Source of the DNA: Paraglomus brasilianum
Lineage: Eukaryota
Direction of reading: 5' to 3'
Length of the DNA stretch: 34,145 nucleotides
Assembly (NCBI GenBank): GCA_910592345.1
Contig: CAJVPI010000344.1
Location: 1-34,145, forward strand
In this document: positions 1 to 9,768 of the stretch, in pieces
Numbering within the stretch: the stretch's first letter is position 1
Layout of the letters: each line of letters starts with the position of its first letter
Notes under the pieces: generated by a model
What the model was told of the DNA's origin: nothing
Seen by the model: the letters and a program-made list of their open reading frames with translations, nothing else
The model's database searches: none
Position numbers and translations under genes: made by a program

Positions 1-168
1 AACACGTGGAATGCCGTTTATCATAATGATGTAAAACCCTTATCACGTCTCGAGAAGGAGAGTAAATATTCTAGTACACTCTTACCTACTGGAGATCTGC
101 CTAAACCGAGAAATAGCTATGATTTGGATTCAGCTGCAGGTATGAAGACAACAATTGGTTATAAATGA
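1..168 (+). CDS. 3' end of a protein-kinase gene (post-kinase tail), partial; paralog of the gene at the right window end
   Basis: Frame 1 reads NTWNAVYHNDVKPLSRLEKESKYSSTLLPTGDLPKPRNSYDLDSAAGMKTTIGYK*. Bases 1-114 match the reverse complement of 33904-34017 with 10 mismatches by hand count, and that copy directly follows kinase subdomain XI. A possible intron at 140-211 (GTATGA...TTTAG) would give an alternative end VTQTLFE*. Confidence 0.75.
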   Translation, partial: NTWNAVYHNDVKPLSRLEKESKYSSTLLPTGDLPKPRNSYDLDSAAGMKTTIGYK

Positions 169-754
169 AGTCAATTTACAATATTAACATCGTCCACTTC
201 TTATGATTTAGTGACTCAAACGCTCTTTGAATAAACGTGTAATTTGCAGTTTTACTCAAGGGATTACTCCTCTTCCAATTAAATAAATTAAATATGTCAA
301 TATGAGTTGAGTTAAAGAGATATCAAAATAAAATCGTGCACGTTTACTGTTAGCTGCCTTTGCCGGGGTAGATCATTTGAAAATATAATAATGGAGTACA
401 TTATTTAAACTCGTAATGAGTTTATTCCTGAATAAAATGCAATCGGCCAGTAATAATAAGGCTTTTCTTGCTCAACTCTTCATCGTGATTGCCTTTATTT
501 GGATATTGGATAATGGTCTTTAAATCTTGATCGATGCGATAACCGCTTCATGACTAGAATGCGATAAAAAACAGAGCCCACACCTGCCCGATCTTCCGAT
601 TGAAGAATATCTCTGAAACTCCTATAAGAACCAAAGCCTTAGTTCATTCCACTGCTTATCGATGGTATTATGCGAGCAATGAACCATTAATCCACTCATA
701 TGCCTCGAAGATCTATCGCCACTCTTTTTATGATATTGCTGCATAACCTTGACG
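1..754. repeat. Left arm (part 1) of a large imperfect inverted duplication; partner 33134-34017
   Basis: Colinear shared blocks on opposite strands, e.g. ATGAAGACAACAATTGGTTAT, TATGATTTAGTGACTCAAAC, AAAATAAAATCGTGCA, TTTGCCGGGGTA, CTTCATGACTAG, ATCGATGGTATTA, AAGATCTATC, CCTTGACG. Confidence 0.92.
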
Positions 755-1106
755 CGTAATGATTAAGTTTAACAACACAAGTAAAACTTGCCATACACTG
801 ATGTGCCAACCATATGCAGTCACCGGACAAAAGTATCGAATCAGCTTGACAATCAATTAAAACATATGAAAGGTCTGATTTTTCGAACTTCTGTATTGGC
901 GTATTTACTAAGCAAGCAACCAGAATTTTTGTATAAAATACTGACAAATTTACACAACGTATCATAACAAAGCTGAAGTGACAACATACAGTGGTGTTCA
1001 AAAATGGCACAAATAAATTTCCTTCTAACTCATCGCACATTGCTCCAAATAATATGATGTAAACTTTATTTAAAAGTCAGAGAGGTACTGATTACTGATT
1101 TATTAT

Positions 1107-2079
1107 TTAATAGGGGATGCAATCACTATTGTTTTCTATAATTAATTTACATCGATGCTTTATCGAATCTATTAAATTAATTAGGACGAAATTTGGAATA
1201 TTGTCCCACACTTCAGTCATAAACTGTTCCAGTTCCTTGGTTTACGTCTTTCCACATTTGTTTTAATTATGTTCCAAAGGTTTTCAATAGGATTAAGGTC
1301 AGGACTGTTTGGAGGGCTAGCCCAAAACCATTGGAACATTGTTCTGAAGAAATTCCTTTGTAATACGAGAGGTATGCTTAGGATCGTTATCTTGTTGGAA
1401 GCGCCATCTACCTCCCAACAGTCATCTTATTTCTGGGAGGTGTTGTTCTAATATTCCAACATAGAAATTCGCATCCATAATGTTACTGAAGCAAAAGAGA
1501 CTGGTCTTCCTTTTTGCACAAAAACCACCCCATGCCATAATTTTACGTCGATCTTTCGGCATTGGGCGTATTGGCCTTGCACCTTTATGCCAGTGTTTAA
1601 TTGTGTTACGAAACAATTGGAAGGATGTTTCGTCAATGAAAACTGTTCGTTTCCAATTGTCATTTAAATGTTTCTTGGCCCATATTACCCGACTTTCTTT
1701 ATGAACCTTTGTCAGCATGGGAGTGGTAAGAGGAAGGCTGTTTTTGTAATCATGTTCAGCCAAATGCCGTCCTACAATTATGCGAGAGACTACAGTTCCT
1801 TCCTCTTTCAATTTACTGGCAATTAATTTAGTAGAAATAGTCGGGTTTCTTCGAACATACTGGCCAATTCTGCGAGCATTAATATCGGTTATAGTTCTTT
1901 TACGACCATTTTCCCCTCTGTGCTTTATATATTTCCTTTTTCTCTGTTTTTTTTTTAGGTTGTAATATATTGTTCTAATTGAATCTTAGTCAATGATTGT
2001 ATTCTGGGGCTTCACGTATTCCCTTCTCCCAATAATATAATATCGTTTGTCGTTGTATTTTGTTAATGGATTGCGACAT
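1107..2079 (-). pseudogene. Tc1-family DDE transposase pseudogene (frameshifts and in-frame stops)
   Basis: Starts MSQSINKIQRQTILYYWEKG at 2079. Carries [26 protein letters not shown] and [11 protein letters not shown] motifs and the C-terminus LIDSIKHRCKLIIENNSDCIPY*. Interrupted by a stop at 1422 and by frameshifts. Confidence 0.92.
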
Positions 2080-2206
2080 TTTACACTTTTGTTTTGGGAA
2101 AAGCGCGAAGTAAGTTAAAAATAAGTCTGTTTGGAAATTTATTTTGATCATTTATTACGCGTTTATTTCGAAAACTGGTCGAGTTACGTATATGCGGATT
2201 ATTTCT

Positions 2207-2330
2207 AAATTTGGAGGATGGCTAAAGCGGAGCAGAACGTGACTTAATTCTTGCAATTACATTGGTCAAATTTGTATATCAACCAATGAAACTGTAAAAA
2301 ACTACTCCGCTTTAGCCTACCCCTAAATTT
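2207..2330. repeat. Imperfect palindrome (foldback) upstream of the transposase
   Basis: AAATTTGGAGGATGGCTAAAGCGGAGCAG (2207-2235) pairs with CTACTCCGCTTTAGCCTACCCCTAAATTT (2302-2330); an inner CATTGGT/ACCAATG pair is nested between them. Confidence 0.75.
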
Positions 2331-2522
2331 GTGCCATACATTTTTACATATGTAACATATATACTGACAGTTTGGCAGATAATAGCTCCATTATAACATT
2401 TTGCTTAAATTCATGAGTATTTTATTCAAATACTACAGTTGTTTGCTTAGTAAATAATGCCAATACAGATGTTCGAAAAATTAAATTTTTCATATGTTTT
2501 ACTAATTGATCGTCAAGCTGAT

Positions 2523-2672
2523 GTACGAAATAATGCACCATTCCTAACCTCTGAGTCTGAACAAATACTGGCTAGTTTTGCAATAATATTATTATTATTA
2601 TTTCATTGTTCTTGAGGTAAGGTTTTTTCCAATGATTTGTTCAATAGCGCGGATCGAAGAAGCATTCTTTGG
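2523..2672. repeat. Left arm (part 2) of the inverted duplication; partner 32983-33107
   Basis: GTACGAAATAA...AGTCTGAACAAATACT...CCAATGATTTGTTCAATAGCGCGGAT...AGCATTCTTTGG matches the reverse complement of 32983-33107. Confidence 0.85.
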
Positions 2673-3218
2673 TATATCATCCTTCCGCAATCTTTTCTAA
2701 GTCGTCTGAATAAAGTCCAGAATAAGTAATGCTGCAAGACTAATATTCAAATCACCCATATGTTGCCCAAATAGACCATGAATTGTTTCAGCATTCAGGG
2801 GAAACAAAGCAAGAACATCGGTTGAAGACGACACGAACAAGCTGCACTCCTCTTCTCCGGCTATGCCCGATCCCTCCATGTGACCAGGACCAACGCGTAC
2901 ACTTTTAAAATGAGTTTCGATGGGTATTCTGTCTTTATAAAGCAATCCTCGGGCTTTAAATCTGTAGAGAAAGGAGAAGAGTTTTAGCAAAAGAACAATA
3001 ACCAAGACAAATTCATAAAAACCCGACGAAAGAAATACCGCGATGTGCAACATGATGGTTGCTCTATAAGTAAGCGAGTGTCCCGACAGCCGCTAAAGCA
3101 ATTTATTCAGTCTCCAAGCTTATCTTCTGTACTTCTACGTAAAAACCTTTGGCACTACCTGAAGTTGCATTTGTCTCTGCTCGTCTTTTTCTAATCCTAC
3201 TTCGCTAGCATACGACAT
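2640..3218 (-). pseudogene. Possible spliced gene remnant of unknown function
   Basis: Intron-like segments (GTATTT...CTCTACAG; GTGATT...TATTCAG) flank an exon-like frame FKARGLLYKDRIPIETHFKSVRVGPG..., but I could not build a stop-free gene model. Confidence 0.25.
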
Positions 3219-4870
3219 TGCCGAAGTTATAGTGTCATCCAACTTGGGTGCGGATTTGATGTGGTGCTAATGGTGTGAAATAAATAATAGTTGGCCGAAA
3301 TAAATAAATATATATATATATATATCCCAACAAATTTGCATTCCCAGCCATTAGAAATACTGTCAACCTTACTATTTACAACTCAATAAGAGCTTGTAAA
3401 TTGTCATCACCTTTTCGCATTCCTTAAAAATCAACAAACTAAAGTGATCGACATATTCACTGTCATATATCCACGTTACACATTCCCTTATCAGTAACAG
3501 CAAACTGTTAGCGATAGGAAATAGTATTTAATTTTAACTGGATAAAGTCCCAAGCATTGTATACAACATACCAATATTTTACATGCTAGGCTAATAATCA
3601 ATATATTGATATCAATATGGTTAGAATGTTATTTTTAAAAAAAAAAAAGGCTGTATCAGTGGCCAATGATTACCCGCTAGAATTTCTGTTAGTAGCCATA
3701 GCAAATGGTTAAATCCGAGATTGTAAATTTATACTTGAAGAATATTTGTCATTTGTTGAGACATAGTGTAAACTGCTCTTACTCACGTGTAGCAAGGTTA
3801 CTTATATACCAGGCGAGAAGTGAGTTACTAAAAAGCAACAAGTAACCATAACATCTACATAATATGCTTTTATAAAGATTTGCCGATCGATTAGGCCCTT
3901 CTTTCTTTGTTTCAAGAAATAGATAGAATACTCACGTATTAGGCGGGTCTACTAATTGATAAAGTGGCAATAGAATATCATGACAAGGTAATAGCTTTAT
4001 TTGAAATATAGTCTTGGACCACAACATTTGGAAGGCTTATCTCATTAGAACGCTAGGTCTTGAAATAATAAGAATGCAAACAAAAAACCTATTTTGAGGG
4101 ATAAAGACAACGTACCTTCAATAAATTGACACCATTCATTCTCACCAAGTAATAAGCGTACTGCCATACTAAAAAATGTGAAAGGAAACTGATAACATGC
4201 GTCAAATCCGTGATACTGTTTCCACGCAGAAGAGGAGAAAGGGGGGGTGGTTTGGCTTAACCATTGTAGGGTTGTTTACTATAAATTTTATGGTTAACTT
4301 CAATTCTGCGTCCGTGTTCCAAGCAGATCTTGGAAATTTTGGCCTGTTCGCTTTTCACGAGTCGATTTCCATTACAATACGTTTACATTACATAATTTAG
4401 CGTATGTTGCTGTGGGTGAAAAGCTTACGATATCTGTAAACACATTAGTATGCTGGTAAAGTCATGTGACAAATGAACAGCAGTTTTCTCTTGATGCACT
4501 GATTGGTTTTCGCAATGCATGATTCAACGTCTATTCAAAAAACGTGGTGTTTCGCAAAAACAAATCTTAGAAAATAGTTCCCGTTCCGAAAATAATGGAA
4601 GGTATGTAGTTTTGGTAATTTGGGTAATTCCGAAGAACTGAGACTAGTCGTCCTGTTCTGTGGTATACTGAATATGCGAACACAGCGTAAATAGACAAAG
4701 TGAACTTCAAATCTGACCACCATCTAACCAATCGTGAACGTGCTAATGCGTTCTGCATACCCAAACTATTTCCCAAACACTTTCTAGCCGCGCATGCATT
4801 ACCAATAACACCACAGCAAACAAGCAACACCCACAACCACACTTCTCCGGCACATTCTCCTACACTCACT

Positions 4871-5500
4871 ATGAAATTTATCTCTTCTCCTACTTTCTCT
4901 CTCCCTCCTTCGTCTCCCTCTGATCCGGTCTCTCTTCCGACTCTTCCTACAGAAATCTTTATAACACTCTGCTACTACATCTCACCTCGCGATTTGATAT
5001 CTCTCTCTTTGACATGTCGTCTTTTCAACTCATATCTATGTTCGTCGACTTCATCAACTACACAACACATATGGCGGAGTACGCGTAAGCAATATTTTCC
5101 CAATGCTCAATCAGAGCCTTATGACGGTCTTGATGAGAGAATCTACACCATATTACTTCTCGATAGAGCATGCGAATACTGTAAACAGTTACATACTTCA
5201 AAAATTCCTCCCCGGTTTAGAACGACAAAAACTATTAGAGCAAAGAGGAGACAAGGGCTGGATATAGAAAAGATTACAGACGTTGATGATGAGGTTGAAA
5301 ATGGTGATGCCATTGACGGCAGGGAATTCTGGGCGAGGAAATCCTGGTGGGATGGGTTAGAGATCGACACTGGTGATGAAGAGTGGATGGACTCGGAGGA
5401 TGAAGAAGAGTATTATGACATGTTTCATGACGATGCCGACGATAATTATTGGATTCATGGCGAGGACGATAAGGAATCCGAGGAGGAAACCACAAATTGA
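4871..5500 (+). CDS. F-box domain protein with acidic C-terminal tail (209 aa)
   Basis: ATG at 4871 is in frame with ORF 4700-5500. LPTLPTEIFITLCYYISPRDLISLSLTCRLFNSYL is a typical F-box motif, followed by TQHIWR, a CEYC pair and a D/E-rich tail. Confidence 0.85.
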   Translation: MKFISSPTFSLPPSSPSDPVSLPTLPTEIFITLCYYISPRDLISLSLTCRLFNSYLCSSTSSTTQHIWRSTRKQYFPNAQSEPYDGLDERIYTILLLDRACEYCKQLHTSKIPPRFRTTKTIRAKRRQGLDIEKITDVDDEVENGDAIDGREFWARKSWWDGLEIDTGDEEWMDSEDEEEYYDMFHDDADDNYWIHGEDDKESEEETTN

Positions 5501-5952
5501 TAGATAGATTAAATTATACAGCGTCAGACTAATTATTAGAAAGCAAAAAGCACAATATACATGAAGACAAGTAGACATTTTATTGATGCAGAAGCACATT
5601 CCGGTAGTCTAGTTTGCTGACACATCTGTGCGTTGGGTATCTGTATGTATGTAATAGAGTGAAAACAACATCAACAACAAAAAAACGATGAAAACCAAGA
5701 ATTGAAAACCAAAAAGGAATATATATCTATATGTTCCATCTAATATTTTGTGAAAAAACTAATCACGTGTTATAAATACTTTATCACATGACTGTAGACC
5801 ACCACACACACACTATTGATGTCAAAAAAAAAAAAAAATGGCGATTAACAATCTAACTAAAAATTCACACGAGTGCGTTTTGTATATCGCACATAATCAT
5901 AATCATCGGTAGAATGTCCAGCTTTCGCTACGCGTAATCCGTCTATTCTGAG

Positions 5953-7545
5953 TTAACGTTGATTCGACTGTTTGGGTGGACGACCTCGACGTCTAATTAA
6001 CCAATACAAAAAAGGTAAGTTTGGATTAATTACTCAATATGACGATTACAATTCATGTGAAAATGCTGTAATTAATTATCATATACGTCACAAAATTGCA
6101 ATATTTTCTTTTTAGACGACCATTGGCAAGACTTACTTTCGTTTAACCCCGAACTGATCGACCAACCAACTCAACGATCGACCATTCCGCATTTTCTCGA
6201 GCTCATCTATAGCGGCTTCGAGTCCCACTTCCTTCTGTCTATTCATAATCTCTGTCAATATCTTTTTCCTCTTTGTTAATGTCGTTGTATTTTCTTTTGT
6301 CCATTTGGTCCCATACGCCTCGATCAAAGACTGTATCGATGGATTCCCATTAATCCCGTTGAACCATTCATAATACAACTCCCTCACGGAAATCGTTTCG
6401 ATGACATCTGGAAGGCGTGGTCGAGCAACCGGCGTTGGCGAGGGGGAAGCATTTGTAAATGTTGTTGTATTTATTGAGCTAGACCAATGATTGGCAGGAC
6501 TCGGCGTTATTGATGGACTGCCGTCAATGACAGCTTTTTCGTTGTGCATTTCTGGTGTTCGAAACACAGGATTTCTAGGTAGTATAAGTACAGGCGATTG
6601 AGATGGAACAGAGTTTCTTAATGTCGGCGATTGAGCGTCGAGATTATGTTGTTTTACTCTATTATTAAGATATTGTCCTTGTGGTGGCGTATGTAGCGAA
6701 GAATGAGGAGACGGTTGCTGCTCTTGCGGACTAGAAAAGTTTTGTGGTATTAGAGATTGGTGGTAAGCGCTGATTAAAGCATCGGAGTTGGGCTTAATAT
6801 TGTCATTAGATTTTCTAGATACCGTTTTGGATGTTCGTCGTCGCTTGTTTCTGTTAGAATTATTGGGTAGATTTGATTGTCTACGTGTAGGTAATGATGG
6901 AACATCGGTTGGTGTTTCAAGTCGACTTTCAGATGATAAACTACCCGACGATGATGTTACAACATTCTGAGCATTAACCGGGGTATTAGATTCTGGCGGA
7001 GAGGGTGCCTGAATATGAGCTTTGTCAGCTGCTTCATTGTTCCTATCTTTATTAGATTCTGGTGGAGAGGGTGCCTGAATATGAGCTTTGTCAGCTGCTT
7101 CATTGTTCCTATCTTTATTACTGTTCTCTAGATCTCTCGTATTATTATCATGGCTTGTGGATTCAAGCTCCGGTGGTTTGGGAATAGATTCAAGCTCTGG
7201 TGGTTTGGGATCAGGTCCGGTACGGTAATTTTGGCTTGATATGTTTCGTAATAATTCGTCTACGTTTATTGGTCCCGGCACAACACTCTCTTTAGGGGGC
7301 TGCCGTTGTGCCGAAACTTGCGATGACTCTGTAGAAGTTGTTGTTATCTTAGCTGGTTGTATGTCCGTATTTATGTAAGTATTACCATATGTCGCTGTCG
7401 ACGTTGCAACAGTAACGGTAGTGAGTTTTATGGTAATTGTTGTCTCTGACGTAGTAACGGTTTTAACATCGCCGGTAGGTCGTTGAGCTTCAATTAAATT
7501 CCTCAATGCTCCCAATGTTGCTGTTTGTTCTTGTTGCTGATCCAT
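5953..7545 (-). CDS. GCR1_C-domain DNA-binding protein with terminal AT-hook; exons 7545-6137 and 5992-5953 (about 482 aa)
   Basis: C-terminal SVRELYYEWFNGINGNPSIQSLIEAYGTKW...KRKKILTEI...AAIDELEKMR resembles the GCR1_C domain. The ORF stop at 6133 lies within a GTAAGT donor; splicing to TTAATTAG at 5993 adds KRRGRPPKQSNQR*. The start is placed at MDQQQEQ, although in-frame upstream ATGs exist to 7656. Confidence 0.82.
6984..7120. repeat. 66-bp in-frame tandem duplication within the GCR1_C gene
   Basis: Two near-identical units encode SNKDRNNEAADKAHIQAPSPPE twice; a second 27-bp duplication (PKPPELES x2) lies at about 7160-7210. Confidence 0.95.
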
Positions 7546-7866
7546 TAATAGGCTTTGACACGTTAATAAGAAATAGATGTTGGGAGGACATGAATTTCCG
7601 TGAATTTCCATAAATTTCCTTTTTAGAAATTCACCCTTGTAATACACAGACAGCATAACTAAATTGACAAGGAATTTTATTTTTGTGTCAAAGTGACGAG
7701 ACGATTTTACAGCAATAGAAGACTAGACAATTATGAATAAACATTGGGCGAATTGTACGAACCACACGCGTTCCAATTACAGAATGAAAATTAAAACTAC
7801 AAAAGAACTCTAGCAATTACTTCATCCAATCAAATCGCCGCCGCCCACTTGCTTCGCTCAATATTA

Positions 7867-9396
7867 TCAACTAACAGCAGCCTTTGCAAAATAGCCAGAA
7901 ATAAAACTAGTCAACCCGACAGCTCGGGTCTGCCTTCGTCTCATTTCATCGGACATGTCCTCTCCGCCATTAAATCTCTCAATACGCTCGAAATCAAATT
8001 CCCGTTCCTCGTCTTCTTCGGTAACCATTAAACTTCGACGCGCGTGATTATTGTTTTTTCGATGTCGACGTCGGGTAGCAGAGTCGGATGCTGATCGCGA
8101 AAGCCTCGTTCGTTGGGTGAGTTCGGTTTCAGCTACATCAAGCGTCCGAAGCATGCGCTCAAGTTGTTTACGTTGTTGAAATATATATGCCTCTTGATCA
8201 TGAAGAGAGTAATTCTGAACATCAACAGGAAGAGCATCATAAATAGTATCTTCTGAATCGTAAACGTCACTGCTAAGCGTATTGCTTTGTGCTGAAGATT
8301 GTGAGGATGTAGAGGACGTGGATGAGGATGTAGAGGACGTGGATGAGGTTGAAGAGTAGAATCGGGATAATAAGTTCTCAGGCAACATTCTTCCAGGTAA
8401 GTATGCCTGGAGACCCGTTGAAGGAGGTGATGTTGGCGATGGTTCTTGCGGGGAGGGTTGCGGTGATGATGTTTGTTGATTATTGTTTATTTGATTAGTA
8501 ATTAAGTTTTGTCCCTGTTTTTGACGGGGGATGGGAAAAATAAGAGTTAGAGTTTGAGTTATAAGATTACTATAATAAACGTGTAGATTTGGATCACAAG
8601 TCCGCATCTAATCCTATACTTATAAGACATACTCTAACTAAACCGTCAACAGCGGCTCTCTGTAAAGTCATCAGTCCTCTCCTGCTCCACTCTACTCCGG
8701 TATTCCTTGCTTGTTCTTGAGCCATATTTAGGGCCGAGTCTATGTCCTGTTCGTGTTCAGAAAGTGTTGGATCGACTAATGTGTTGTACAGTACGATCCC
8801 CCCCTAAACAAGAATCGAACGTAAAATCGGGTGATGGAATGTGATTTGAGTATGATATGTCTTATGGCTTGTTATTACATATTTTATACATATTCAGAGT
8901 ATCAAATAATACCTGTGTTTGTGGTAAAATGAGCCATAACACAAACAGCGCCTTGAGCTCGTAATAGAATGGAAACCTGCAGGATGATCGATAGATTCGA
9001 TGGTTTTTTTTAGTTCACTTGCAAAAATTCTCATGTCGTTGTTGTCACTCGCGTTATACGACCGTTTTGACAACCGTTTTGACAACCGTGTTGATAACGC
9101 TAAAACATTCTCTATATTCGACCCACCAGAATACGAAATTATCAGCGAAACCTTCGGCTAGCTTTAACAAAGCCAACACTACCCAATACATCAACCAAGG
9201 AGTCAAGTTCTCCTTATTATTGGTCTTAATGGCCTTGTACGAAGCATAAGCCGGGTATAGGAATCCGAATACGTTACTGTATTATGTATAAGCAATCGTT
9301 TAGTCTCTTGTACGTTAGGATTCGGCAAACTTGAAGCTACCCCGCAGTAAAGTGATAATCCGACCAAAAAACTCTGGAGAGCAAGTAACCTATCAT
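7867..9396 (-). CDS. TB2/DP1/HVA22 family (REEP-like) membrane protein; exons 9396-9365, 9276-9127, 8976-8913, 8803-8633, 8514-7867 (354 aa)
   Basis: Spliced translation MIGYLLSRVFCNVFGFLYPAYASYKAIK...WLMYWVV...WFPFYYELKALFVLWLILPQTQGGIVLYNTLVDPTLSEHEQDID carries the family motifs. All introns are GT-AG and the phases add up to a whole number of codons. Confidence 0.93.
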
Positions 9397-9768
9397 CGAG
9401 AGAACGCTGTAACTTGACGGAGCAAGGTAATGATGGTATTTTATGAAAATGTATTAGGTAAAGAACGAATATCGTCGTGAGTGACTCTTGGTATAAGGAA
9501 TTCGCAATAGAGGGAAGGGAAAATCGAACGACCGGGAATGTGTATGGATAGTATATTTACATTTCACACACAAAACACGAATCACATGACACTCCATGTC
9601 CACTATTCTTCTAAACGCTAAAAGCGCACAGTACCAATAAGGAAATGATGGTCGATTAACAAACAATACAAAACACATGTCTCGCGAAGCAACGACCTTC
9701 GGATCGTCCTCGTTTAGTACAATTTTGCTATAACTTTAATACTAACCGTGCTCTGCTCCGTCATTAAA
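9397..9768. promoter_or_regulatory. Compact divergent promoter region between the REEP-like and Esc2/Rad60-like genes
   Basis: 372 bp separate two head-to-head start codons; an E-box-like TCACATGA lies near 9581. Confidence 0.5.

Larger units (their letters stand above)
817..2522 (-). mobile_element. Degenerate Tc1/mariner DNA transposon with ~130 bp imperfect terminal inverted repeats (about 840-968 and 2390-2522)
   Basis: 840-968 (ATCAGCTTGACAATCAATT...TTTTCGAACTTCTGTATTGGC...TATTTACTAAGCAA) matches the reverse complement of 2390-2522 and the pair encloses a transposase pseudogene. A Tc1-like end CAGTCACCGGACAAAAGT lies at 817. The segment is missing from the paralogous arm at 33108-33133. 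Confidence 0.85.

Noticed and set aside
2678..2680. In-frame TGA in the putative last exon of the 2640-3218 remnant as a selenocysteine or recoding candidate
   Set aside because: The gene model is itself broken, there is no redox motif, and other genes in the window use TGA as stop.
5900..5990. tRNA-like fragments (TCGGTAGAATG, CTTTCG, GATTCGACT)
   Set aside because: No cloverleaf pairing can be built; the segment is explained by the AT-hook exon and 3' UTR on the minus strand.
8393..8404. ATACTTACCTGG on the minus strand, identical to the U1 snRNA 5' end
   Set aside because: It lies inside the last coding exon of the REEP-like gene (AYLPG) and no further U1 structure follows.
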